From: an uncultured archaeon
Lineage (GTDB): Archaea; Asgardarchaeota; Lokiarchaeia; Sigyniarchaeales; SOKP01
Assembly (NCBI GenBank): GCA_964486045.1
Contig: CAZALK010000020.1
Coordinates: forward strand, 16,985 to 80,984
DNA length: 64,000 bases
Reading direction: 5' to 3'
Shown here: one piece after another, positions 18,788-29,059 of the stretch
Layout: each line of letters opens with the position of its first letter
How positions within the stretch are numbered: the stretch's first letter is position 1
Translations under genes and position numbers: made by a program
The notes under the pieces: generated by a model
Databases searched by the model: none
What the model saw: the letters and a program-made list of their open reading frames with translations, nothing else
What the model was told of the DNA's origin: nothing

Positions 18788-21700
18788 ATGCACATAAATC
18801 AAAAGATTTCTCTTAAAAAAAAGAGGATCAATTGCTTATTTGTTATAATTTCGATGTTTTTTTTAATTTTATTCATTAATTTGAATTTAATCAATAATTC
18901 GAATCTAACTATCTATGATTCAAAAAATCCAAATGAAGACCATAATGATTCCTTTCAAAATATAAAAACTTCCAATTCAGAATCTATTTTATTCCAAGGA
19001 ACTGAAGCCCATTTAAATATAACTGATACTGGTAATTTCTATGAATATAATCAAGAGATATCAGTATCGAATCAAGGGGAAACAAATTTAACATATTATT
19101 TAGACGATGTACATGACTGGAAAGGTTCAACAATAGAAACTACGATAACAAATATTCAAGATACTAGAAATTGGATTAATAATTCTGGATTTAAATCTCC
19201 TATAATTTATAGAGTATATCAAGTCTTTCAGACAGATCATAACTATTCAAATAATAATAATCTAAATTGGGCTAGTCCAGAATCTTCTGTTTTTGAGTCA
19301 GGAGCAAAATATATTAGAGTTCATTTTGTTAATTTTTCTTTTGAGCTAAGTTATGATTTTTTATATCTTGCTAATGAAACTAATGATATCTACTATGTGA
19401 ATGATAGTAAAGCATATGATTTATTTTCTCCGTGGATTCCTGGGGAATATATCAAAATAGATTATGATTCTGATAATTCTGTTGATGATTATGGTTATTA
19501 TATCGATTATTATGAATATATTAATGATAGTTCAAATACCGTAATTAATTCAGAATGGAGTTTTAATTATAACCAAATTGGAACAACTGGAAGGAATTAT
19601 AATGGGGTAAGTGAGATTGACAATAGTACAGCTATGTATGTTGCTATGTATGCAGAATATCTGGATTACAATCAATTTAGTTATGAAGATGGAGCATTTT
19701 CTGAAGTTTATCAGGATTTTAGTATACCTAGAGGTACAGTAAGTGACGCTTACATAAGTTTTGATTATTATGCTCAATATGGATTAGCAACGAATGATAA
19801 CTATGTATATGTTTCAATTAATAATAAAAAAATATATTCCAAAGGAATTGCAGATCTATTAGAGTTAGGTAAGAACCAATGGCATAAAACTGGAAAAATC
19901 ACTACTAATTTTTGGGTTAATTCTTCTTCTATTTTTGATTCAAATGTTCAAAATCAGCAATTTAATATTTCAATAGGGATAAAATGTGCTGGTGGGTATA
20001 CATACACTAATTTTGATGATGGCTTTTTAAATATTATTTGGTTTGATAATGTATCCTTAGTTTTATCAACAATAGGAAACTCAAGCCAAGATGATATAAA
20101 TTTAAAAATTAATTCAGAGAATTTATTTGAAGGAAATGAATGGGGGTTTTCAAACTTAAACTTCACCGGAATTTGGGAAACAAATCCAGTAACTCTATCA
20201 ATAAATACAACATCGCCGGATCTAAATTTCATTTTAAATACTACGATATATGGGAATCACTCTGGGACTTCAAAAATTAATCAACAAAATGATGAAGGAA
20301 TTAGCTATAAAATTTTGAATAACGGGTCAATTTATTGGGATTTTTTTCACAATTTTTATATGCCCTCTCAATACTCTGATTTTGAATTCAATATACAAAA
20401 GCCAAAAAATTGGAAATTTTTAGATAGTTTAGATCCTACTCTACAATCTCGATCATATGAAGGTGGAGATATAGGAGATTCATTTTTGAAGATTAACAAA
20501 ACAAATGCAATTTTTCCTGGATGGTGGTCATTTAGAGCTGAATCTCCTAATTACCTTAATATTTTAAATTCTAAAATACTTAAGGAAAGTCAGTGGGTTA
20601 CAAATGCGTCATTTAACACCGGAGAATCAACTCGAATAAAAACTCAATTAAATTACTCAGGTGAAATACCAAATGATGCAGGAGTAATTAATCTTACAAT
20701 ATATCATCCCAATGGAACGATTTTTTATGAAGAAAGCGTAGCGCCATTCGGTGGTAATGTATCATTTTCAGAAATTACCTTTGGGGTGTATAATACTAGT
20801 GGCGGTCTTTATGAATATACTCTATTTTGGAGTAATAGTACTGCATTAGGAGGTTTAATATCAAGTTTTATTGTCATGCATCAAAGTTCAATAACTTTAT
20901 TAAAACCGGATAATGCAATTTCCGATTTAATAACAGATGCTTTTTTTGGAGATATAATTCCATTACGGATCCAATTAAAAGATTTAGAAAATAATAGATC
21001 ACTTTCAGGAGCCATGGTTACTTATAATTGGTCAACAGGGTTAGAGAACTTTGCAGAAGCAGCTTTAGGAATATATGAAACAATATTAGATACCTCTGAA
21101 TTAAATTCAAATGGCTTTTATGAGATTTTCATCAATTCTTCCAAACTTGGATTTACAAATTATAATATAACAGTAAAAATCAATTTGCTTGAGGAAACTA
21201 ACTTACTCCGCTTGGAATCATCGTATTATATTGAATTACATGATAATAGTACAGTTAAATATAGTTATACTAATTTTTCAGGAGGTGGTATTTCAAGTGC
21301 TATTGTAGACATTAATTTAAATAATTCCTATTAGAGTATAACAGATTTTCTTGACGGTAATTATACTGTAGAATTCGATACTTCATATATTAATAATTTA
21401 GGAGTTCATCAAATAGAATTAAACTTTTCTAAACCTGCATTTGAAACTAAATATGCATTACTTCAGTTTGAAATAATAGAACAGTCTGTAAATTTGTCTG
21501 TATATATAAATTCTCAAAAAATTCAAGAAAACTCATTAATCGAAGCGATGTTTAAAGGAACTTTAAATATATCCGTAAGAATTTTTGCTACAATTGATGA
21601 GACCTATCTTTCAGGAGGTAATGTGACATGGGATTCTGACAAATATTATAAAGAAATTTTAGAAGGATCAAATTCTTGGTTTAATTATTCAATTCAATTA

Positions 21701-23590
21701 TCAAGTAACAATTTCTCAATGGGTTTAAATTTCGTGCTCATACAATTTGAGCAAGCAAATTATAGAATCAGCAGTTTTGGGTTCCAAATATTAATGGAAG
21801 CGCAAACTGTAAACATATCAACGTTTATAAATGGAGAAGAAATTCCTGAAAATTATATTGAAGAGTTAACTTTCAAGGAATCAATGAATATTTCAGTAAA
21901 AGTATTTGCTAATGGTGAGAGTGTTTATTTATCTGGGGCAAATGTCACATTAATCGGTGATACCCTTAACACAATAGTACCTGAAACTGTTTTTCCATGG
22001 TATAATACTTCCATTATAATTTCGAATTCTTATTTTAACCCCGGTGTAAATTATGTTTATTTAAAATTTCAACTTGAAAATTATACAACAGACACTTTTT
22101 CATTTCAATTGATAATCAAAACCCAAACACTTAATTTGTCTGTATATGTAAATTCAGAGAAAATATCAGAAAATAATCTTTTAGAATTCAGATTTAATGA
22201 AGAATTCTCTATTTCTGCCCAGAGTTTTGCGACTGCAGAGGAAGTTTATTTAACTGGAGGAATATTAACTTTTATTGCTAGTACTTATGAAAAAAACTTA
22301 ACAAATCTTTCCGATTGGTATAATTCAACAATATCCTGTTCACCAGACATTTTCTCAATAGGAGTTAATTATATATATTTGAGATTTCAAAAGGAGAATT
22401 ACTCTACAACTCTTTTTTCTTTTCAATTACTAATTGATCAAATTGATCTTCAAGTAGATTCGATAGGTTTTGAGGACACTATTAATGTCGAAATAGGTGA
22501 GACATTTATTATTCAGCTAAAACTATTAAATCCTAATAATAATATGACGATTGAGTCCGCTACTATAAGTTTCACGTGGGAATATGGATTTGGAGTGTTT
22601 AACGCTACACAAAATGGAATTTATCAATATACATTAAAATTACCTAAAAATCTAAGAGGAAATTATCAATTTAATCTAATTATTATTCCAGATAATACAA
22701 CTTATAAAGCAGTCCAACATTCTTTTGTTGTTGTAATTAATGAGCCAATTATCCAAAATAATTCTCCAGGATTTTTATTATTGAGCATTATTCTCATTTT
22801 AATTGGTATTGTGAGTGCATTAGGAGTTCTTAGTTTGAGATCTTATGTATTATTGCCAAGAAGAAGGAAAAAGGAATCAGAATTATTATCGAAGACTCAA
22901 AGATTCAAGGATCTTAAAAATATTCAAGCAATTGTTATGATACATAGAATAAGTGGAATACCACTTTACACAAAGACTTATTCGATTTTAGAAAAGCATA
23001 AAAAAGAATTGTTTTCAGGGTTTATTCAAGCTATTACAACAATTGGAGAAGAATTTACTGATTCTGAAGAAATAGAGAGTAGATTGGATGCAAAGAAAGA
23101 AAACTTCGGAATTGAAAAGATAATTGAATTAGATTTTAAATATTTTTATTGCTTAATTTCGGATAAAGAAGATATAAGAATAGTATTTATCCTCAAAGAA
23201 AAATCTTCAGAACGACTGAAAAGTCAAGTTTCACATCTTTTGCTGGCTTTAAACCTCAAATTATCACAATATATAGAAGATTGGGATGGTTCTTTAGACA
23301 TATTTGAGGAGATGGTTCCTACGATAATAGGTGAGTATTTCGAGTTATATTATAAAGGCTCATTTAAACTTCCTAAAAAATTAAATCTTTTTAAATTAAG
23401 GAAAGATAAGTCTCTGTCGAAGATGGAAATTCGAGTTCTAAATGTAGTTGAATCAATGTTAAAAAGGGGTGAGGAGATTCTAACTTTAAACAGTATTCTC
23501 GAATTGGTTAGTGAAGAAAATAAAGATCTGATTATTGAAGCAATTGAGGTATTGATAGAAAGAAAATTAATTATTCCCGTCAATCCTTAA
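18788..23590 (+). CDS. giant (about 1600 aa) sequon-rich surface protein with one TM helix and a cytoplasmic longin-like + wHTH tail; interrupted by one in-frame TAG at 21332..21334
   Basis: Track ORFs 18788..21334 and 21494..23590 share a frame. The gap translates without stops and continues the 107-aa repeat pattern (..LLQFEIIEQSVNLSVYINSQKIQEN). Features are an N-terminal anchor/signal helix (CLFVIISMFFLILFINL), very many N-x-S/T sequons, and SPGF + TM (LLLSIILILIGIVSALGVLSL) + RRRKKE. A roughly 240-aa tail follows. Confidence 0.75.
21482..22444 (+). repeat. three tandem 321-nt (107-aa) coding repeats inside the surface protein, with a more diverged copy upstream spanning the TAG
   Basis: Repeat heads are QSVNLSVYINSQKIQEN, AQTVNISTFINGEEIPEN and TQTLNLSVYVNSEKISEN. 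Shared blocks are NISV..FA...E.VYLSGG.VT and G(V/L)N(Y/F)..L.FQ..NY....F.FQ, at a period of 107 aa counted by hand. Confidence 0.8.
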
Positions 23591-23638
23591 ATTTATAATA
23601 ATAAAATTCAAATTTTAATTTATTTTTCTTTGACTTGA

Positions 23639-24259
23639 ATGGTAAATCCAGAAGAACTAAGATTTATCTGCACAAGATGTGGGAACTGTTGTACAGATCG
23701 CGATACTATTGTTAATATTACATACTTAGATATTTTAAGATTAAAAACAAGTTTAAAATTAGATCTGAAAGAAACCATTGAAGTTATTGGATTTTATGTA
23801 TTTCACAAGAAGTTAACTGAAAGAAACTTGAAGAAAATGGTTGTTTCTCCAATAGAAACTGAAAGGGGTTTAGCATTTACTGGTCTTCTTAAAAATAGCT
23901 TAGGTGAGTGTTATTTTTTTGATAATAAAAAATTGGAATGTTTAATTTATGATGTAAGACCTATGCTTTGTAGAACTTTTCCTTTCTCCTTTTATACAAC
24001 CAAGAATATTGAAAATCAAGCTAAAGGAAAGGTTGAGATTTGTTATACTGAGAAAGCTAAGGAATATTGCCCGGGTATAGGTTTAGACTCAGAAATTATT
24101 GAACATGATCACTGGTTAAAAATTGGTAAAGAAACTTTAAAACAACTAAAAAAAAACCATCTTTTTAATGAAAAATGGAATATTAACGTCAAAAATGGAA
24201 GTATATTACCAAAAGTGAAAAATTATCTTAGAACTATATTTAAGATTAACGAAACTTAA
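23639..24259 (+). CDS. YkgJ-family (UPF0153) cysteine-cluster protein
   Basis: FICTRCGNCCTD is present at the N-terminus, with later CLIYDVRPMLCRTFPF and CPGIG blocks typical of the zinc/iron-chelating YkgJ family. Confidence 0.7.
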   Translation: MVNPEELRFICTRCGNCCTDRDTIVNITYLDILRLKTSLKLDLKETIEVIGFYVFHKKLTERNLKKMVVSPIETERGLAFTGLLKNSLGECYFFDNKKLECLIYDVRPMLCRTFPFSFYTTKNIENQAKGKVEICYTEKAKEYCPGIGLDSEIIEHDHWLKIGKETLKQLKKNHLFNEKWNINVKNGSILPKVKNYLRTIFKINET

Positions 24260-24284
24260 GCCAACAAGTTAAAATAACGTTAAT

Positions 24285-25466
24285 TTAAAGATTTAAAAAA
24301 TTTTGAACAGTGTATTGAGTGCAAGCTAATAAAGACCAAAATAGCATCCTTAACTCAATCTTATATGCTAATTTATCAATTCTCCAATTAAAATCTTTAT
24401 CAAGATTTTCTAAACTAAAATATTCTGTTGATTTTATAATGAAATTGAGTAATCGACTGCTTAATATTGATTCTTGATTTTTCATGTCAAGTAAGCTTAG
24501 TATTAATAATGTTTTAGCAGAATTTGTTACTAAATCATCAATAGAACCCTTTTGAGTTAAATCTTTTTTAAGCTCATTAATATAGAGGGTATTAAACTTT
24601 GAAGTATTTATTTTCCTGTCCAATATTTTAAAGAACCCTATATAATTATAAATATCCAATACTGGATTAAATCTTTCTATATTTAATAAATCTAATCCTA
24701 AAACATGAGATAATAAATATTCTTTATTCAAGGGGATAATCCCACTTTTTTCTAAAATTTTTAAGGATTGTAAGGTATAGTGATTCAATTTTAATTTCTC
24801 TGGTATGAAAATTTTGAATTCTGCTATTAGAAACTCTTTGATCGCTTGAAGATTTATTATATCAATATTATGTATTAAATCCAATTCGGTTGTAATAGCA
24901 AGTCCATAAAAGATATTAATAGGATCAGGTACGCTATTTTTGGAATAACTAAACACTTTATTAGAAATATAGTTTTTTAAGATTCCTACTATTTCTGTTG
25001 ATGTAAAAGGAAATTCAATCCCTAACATCTTTAAGATTGAGATATAATAATAGGAACTTTCCAAATCTAAGAAAGCAGGATTAATTATTCGTGAATTCAG
25101 CAGATTGACAGTATTTATTTTAAATCTATTTATGATATTTGGATCTACAGATGGTAGATTGCCAATATCATCCAGGAAAATATTCGTTTTTTCCTTTGAA
25201 TCATTTTCAATTTTTTCAATGTTTTTAGGTTTAATATTATCCTTTGGAACAATGGAAGGTATTTGCTTAAAATCTTCTGCATATCTTTGATAATCTTTAT
25301 CTAAATTTGTCTCTTCTAATTTTTCGACAGAAGATTTGAACACTTCCGTTTTCAGTTTCTTTAAAGTTTCAATAGAATCCTTCCTAGCTTCTTCTAATTG
25401 TTTTAAAATATCTAATTCATCACTTTTCTTTTCCTTTGTATTTCCAGGTCCTTTTTCCTCATTCAT
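24285..25466 (-). CDS. hypothetical protein (charged coiled N-terminus plus helical-repeat C-terminal region)
   Basis: 393-aa ORF with no catalytic motif recognised. Confidence 0.45.
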   Translation of the reverse strand: MNEEKGPGNTKEKKSDELDILKQLEEARKDSIETLKKLKTEVFKSSVEKLEETNLDKDYQRYAEDFKQIPSIVPKDNIKPKNIEKIENDSKEKTNIFLDDIGNLPSVDPNIINRFKINTVNLLNSRIINPAFLDLESSYYYISILKMLGIEFPFTSTEIVGILKNYISNKVFSYSKNSVPDPINIFYGLAITTELDLIHNIDIINLQAIKEFLIAEFKIFIPEKLKLNHYTLQSLKILEKSGIIPLNKEYLLSHVLGLDLLNIERFNPVLDIYNYIGFFKILDRKINTSKFNTLYINELKKDLTQKGSIDDLVTNSAKTLLILSLLDMKNQESILSSRLLNFIIKSTEYFSLENLDKDFNWRIDKLAYKIELRMLFWSLLACTQYTVQNFLNL

Positions 25467-25644
25467 TATCGTATTATCAAACTTGGTAAGATTCTTTTTG
25501 GTTTTTTCTATTTTAATAGATAAATCTGATATATTTAAATATTCTTCAATACCCGTGAGAGCAATATATTCTTTTATTTTATCAGAAATAATATTCTTTT
25601 CTTTGAATTGATGTATTTTGTTAACAAAACTAGGAGATATTAAT

Positions 25645-26058
25645 TTAAATAATCTTTAAAGCTTCAATTTTTTTGATATCCAAATCTATTAAGTATTCAA
25701 TTATGATTTTGAATAAGATTTTAGTCACATAATCATTAAGATAATGTAGTAAATAAGAACTATAATCAGGTTCCTTTATATTATTTTTGTTAATCTCACT
25801 TAAATAATTAGTTTGAATTTCTGTCAATTTGCTTATTGGCACTCCAAGAGTATTTAAGCCTGTTTTTATTGCTTTTAACATTTTATAAAGAGTTGCTTTG
25901 AATGTTTTTTCTGTCTCAGTTGAAGTATCTATCTCTAAATTGATATTTTTATAAGAAACAAGGTCTTTTAAATACAAGTAAGATCTCTTGTAATAATCTA
26001 CAATCTCGTTTTTCATATATGATAAAAATTCAGTGAGGAAATTTAGTGAATCTTCCAT
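25645..26058 (-). CDS. hypothetical helical protein
   Basis: 137-aa ORF on the same strand, upstream of 24285..25466. Confidence 0.4.
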   Translation of the reverse strand: MEDSLNFLTEFLSYMKNEIVDYYKRSYLYLKDLVSYKNINLEIDTSTETEKTFKATLYKMLKAIKTGLNTLGVPISKLTEIQTNYLSEINKNNIKEPDYSSYLLHYLNDYVTKILFKIIIEYLIDLDIKKIEALKII

Positions 26059-26151
26059 TTCCCGATTTCCTATTTTATTAAAAGGTATATATTGAAAATT
26101 ATAAATCTATGTTAACATATATATGTTATAAAAAATAAAACATTTTCACTT

Positions 26152-26916
26152 ATGGAGGGTAATATTTTCGACCAGATTGCTAAAGATTATCACTCAAAAA
26201 GGAGAAAACCGTGGAAACCTCTTGAATTCTTTTTTAATTATTTAAAAAGGAAGAAATATTTGTTTAGAGGGATGTCTCTAGATTTGGGTTGTGCAAATGG
26301 TAGAAATTTCAAGATTTTAGGAAATTATCCCAAAAAGCTAATAGGAATTGATAATTCACTTGAATTCCTAAAATTAGCTCAGATTGGTTTAAAGAACTCA
26401 GAAAAATATCTAAAATCAGAATCAAATTTAATTCAAGTTCTTCTTGCAGATTTAAATTACCTACCAATTAGAAAAAATTCAATCCAAAATATTTTCTCCA
26501 TCGCGACTATTCACCATATTAAGCATAAATCTACACGAAATAAACTCATATCTCAATTTAATCATATTTTAAAAATAGATGGAAACCTTTTAATAACTGT
26601 GTGGCGTAAATGGCAAAAAAAATATCGAAGTTATTTTCTTTTAGATGGAATTAAAAGGAGTTTTAGTTTTAAACATAAGAAGCAACAAAAAATTGATGGT
26701 TTGAGTCAGTTTGGGGATAAATATATACCATGGACGCTTTCAGAAGAAAATATGATATTTAGTAGATATTATCATTTTTTTTCCAAACGAGAGGTTAAGA
26801 ATTTATTAAAGAACTTTACGATAAAAGAATTTAAAATTATGGGTGGTCCAAATAATCATGATAACTTTTTTATTTTAGCCCAAAAAAAAATTATCAGTGG
26901 CATTCAATCGAGTTGA
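26152..26916 (+). CDS. class I SAM-dependent methyltransferase, Trm9/ALKBH8-MT-like
   Basis: IFDQIAKDYHSKRRKPWKPLEFFFNYL followed by LDLGCANGRN (motif I) resembles the Trm9 N-terminal block (HFS-TR-x-x-WP...FL) plus the SAM motif. It ends in TGA. Confidence 0.55.
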   Translation: MEGNIFDQIAKDYHSKRRKPWKPLEFFFNYLKRKKYLFRGMSLDLGCANGRNFKILGNYPKKLIGIDNSLEFLKLAQIGLKNSEKYLKSESNLIQVLLADLNYLPIRKNSIQNIFSIATIHHIKHKSTRNKLISQFNHILKIDGNLLITVWRKWQKKYRSYFLLDGIKRSFSFKHKKQQKIDGLSQFGDKYIPWTLSEENMIFSRYYHFFSKREVKNLLKNFTIKEFKIMGGPNNHDNFFILAQKKIISGIQSS

Positions 26917-27385
26917 GGGTTTTCAACAGACTTGGTTTAAAATTATCATACATGCTTTCTATTACTGCCGTATGAATATTTATTAGTCTCTCAGATATTT
27001 CGCAAAAGAAAATACCATGTATTACCCTTTCAACAAAATATCTTTTTCTTATCATTTTCCTTCGATGCCCATACCAGAATGTAAATTCATGGGCCATTAG
27101 CCAATCTCTTTCTTTTTTAGTTACTACAATGCCTATTGCATTATAGGTTTCAATGCACCTTTCAACTTCTTTATAATAGAAAAGATTTGCTCTATCTTTT
27201 TTTTCCCAATTTAATTCAATTGTGGAATCTGGACCCCAAATCTCATCATAGTCATTTTGAGAATGAAATATAATTGAACCATTGTTTTCATCACCTTCAA
27301 ATTCTGTTTCTTTAAACCAAATCGCCATCTTATTAATTGATAAATTGCATTCCGATTTTTTGTATACATAAAAACTATATTCCAT
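26894..27385 (-). CDS. hypothetical protein
   Basis: 163-aa ORF. Its 3' end overlaps the convergent methyltransferase gene by 23 nt. Confidence 0.4.
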   Translation of the reverse strand: MEYSFYVYKKSECNLSINKMAIWFKETEFEGDENNGSIIFHSQNDYDEIWGPDSTIELNWEKKDRANLFYYKEVERCIETYNAIGIVVTKKERDWLMAHEFTFWYGHRRKMIRKRYFVERVIHGIFFCEISERLINIHTAVIESMYDNFKPSLLKTLNSIECH

Positions 27386-27531
27386 GGTTGAACCTACTCA
27401 GGTTGATTGTTAATTGAATAAGGAAACTTATTTCTAAAATATATTTAGTATTTATAAAGCTTCTGGTACAAGAAAATACCTAAAAATAAAATAGGTATAA
27501 AGGTTGAAACTACTAATTAAAATAATAGATT

Positions 27532-28143
27532 TTACCGCTTGAGCATTTCCTTCCCTTCTTCAATCCATTTTGCTATTCTTTCTAGAGAAACACCACTGAT
27601 TAAAGATACTAATTCTTCAGGATTCTCCTTAATTAACTCCTCCACAGATCCAACGCCAAGTTCTGCAAATTTCTTTGCTGTAGCAGCACCTAAACCGGAT
27701 AGATCAGTTAAACTTGTTCCTGCTTCTTCAGTTTTAACTTTCTCTCTTTTTACAGGTTTTTTCTTCTCTTTTTTTACAGTATCTGCTTTTTTCTTCACTG
27801 CGGGTATTTTAGGGGCTTTTTCAATAATTTTTTTGGTTTTTACTTCAGGTTTCTCTTTCTTAGGTTTGAAAGGGGTATTCTTCTTCTCTTTTTTTACGAA
27901 GGGTTTCCTTTTTTTTTTCTTCTTCTCAGTTACCTTAAGTGACTTAAGTTTTTCAACGTTTTCTGGATAGGAAGAACGTCTAAAAAAATCAATTTTAATA
28001 TTTAATTCCTTTAATTGACTAATATATCTTCCTGAATCCTTTATTTCCCTCAGAGAGTAACCTTCACCCTTTCTCAAAAAAGACTCTCTCGAGGGACTTT
28101 TTACTAGGGCAGTGAGTTCTATTTTATTCCCCATGATTAACAC
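27532..28143 (-). CDS. ribosomal protein L13e-like domain fused to a Lys-rich linker and a C-terminal helix-hairpin-helix domain
   Basis: The N-terminus VKSPSRESFLRKGEGYSLREIKDSG...IKIDFFRRSSYPENV fits the eL13 pattern (GRGFSL-EL-x-aG ... vD-RR). The middle is K-rich. The C-terminus LSGLGAATAKKFAELGVGSVEELI is an HhH. Confidence 0.55.
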   Translation of the reverse strand: MLIMGNKIELTALVKSPSRESFLRKGEGYSLREIKDSGRYISQLKELNIKIDFFRRSSYPENVEKLKSLKVTEKKKKKRKPFVKKEKKNTPFKPKKEKPEVKTKKIIEKAPKIPAVKKKADTVKKEKKKPVKREKVKTEEAGTSLTDLSGLGAATAKKFAELGVGSVEELIKENPEELVSLISGVSLERIAKWIEEGKEMLKR

Positions 28144-28269
28144 ATGATTATTATAATACTAAGGTAATTTTGATAGACTTAGAAACCATTTATTTTTTTC
28201 TATTTATATCAAATGCCTTAAAAACAGTTTAGATAGGTATTTTCAGAATCAAACTTATCACGAAGATCT

Positions 28270-28908
28270 TTATTCCCTTTTAACGATGTCTAATTGTTCT
28301 AATTTTTTAAGTGCATCAGCAATCTCATTTCTTTTCGAGCTTAACATTCTCGAAATTTTCAGAGCTGAATTTTTTCCAGTGCATAATAAAGCAATTTGAA
28401 AATCATAATCGGTTATTAAACCCATTGTCAAGACTTTTTCTAATACACTTTTTGCGACCAGCAATTCAGGAAATCCTTCTGCGATTTTTCCTCCCCTTGT
28501 TAGATTTTCAACATCAGCATTTAATGTTTGAAATCGACCCTTTTCCGTTGTAGCTCTAAAGACTTTAAGATCTGACTGATGCTTTTTCCAAAATCTTTTT
28601 GCAATTTTATGAATTACATCCTTTATTTTTTCTGTATCATCATCTGCGTCAGAAATCGAACAAAATAAGACTCTAGATAAAGGATGATAATAAATTAGAA
28701 CAGTTGAATCTTCAGATTCTATAACTCTATTCATCTCATTCACTCGTCTTCCCTTTACCATTGATTCTTGAATGATATCGATTGTTTTACTAATCACATT
28801 AAAAAATCCAGTTAAAATATCATCTTGGATTTTTTTTAATTCTTTAAAGGTTGATTCAAAAAGTGAAATTCCATTATCTCCATCGATTAAATAAACTTTA
28901 TATATCAA
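28270..28908 (-). CDS. longin-like (SNARE-like fold) domain + C-terminal winged-helix protein
   Basis: 212 aa with a TTG start. IYKVYLIDGDNGISLFESTF..ILTGFFNVISKTIDII..TVLIYYHPLSRVLFCSISD follows a beta-beta-alpha-beta-beta-beta-alpha pattern. It aligns with the cytoplasmic tail of the 18788..23590 protein. The C-terminal ALKISRMLSSKRNEIADALKKLEQLDIV is wHTH-like. Confidence 0.55.
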   Translation of the reverse strand: MIYKVYLIDGDNGISLFESTFKELKKIQDDILTGFFNVISKTIDIIQESMVKGRRVNEMNRVIESEDSTVLIYYHPLSRVLFCSISDADDDTEKIKDVIHKIAKRFWKKHQSDLKVFRATTEKGRFQTLNADVENLTRGGKIAEGFPELLVAKSVLEKVLTMGLITDYDFQIALLCTGKNSALKISRMLSSKRNEIADALKKLEQLDIVKRE

Positions 28909-29059
28909 ATTTTCAACAAATTTGCACTATATTCTTCTTATAAAAGTAATAAAATCTCATCCTTTTGAATTTTTATTAAATCAAGTTTCTAAATAATTAA
29001 AATTAAAAGCTGAAAATTTATACATTTTATAAAAACTATTTAAATTCACGATTTCAAGA

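Noticed and set aside
24285-25466. The C-terminal helical repeats looked vaguely like prenyltransferase/terpene-cyclase alpha-alpha toroid repeats. That would be tempting next to Rab-like GTPases.
   Set aside because: No GGF-type or metal-binding motifs are present, and the Rab-like proteins here lack C-terminal cysteines. The resemblance is only a periodic hydrophobic pattern.
27760-27930. Long A/T homopolymer-rich stretch (K-rich coding) in the L13e-like gene, a possible frameshift-prone or erroneous region.
   Set aside because: The frame stays open and joins two recognisable domains, so there is no evidence of a shift.
28144-28269. The longin-wHTH gene and the L13e-like gene are in the same minus-strand frame, suggesting a possible fusion.
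   Set aside because: The intergenic stretch contains an in-frame stop (plus-strand CTA at 28159..28161), and the two proteins are complete on their own.
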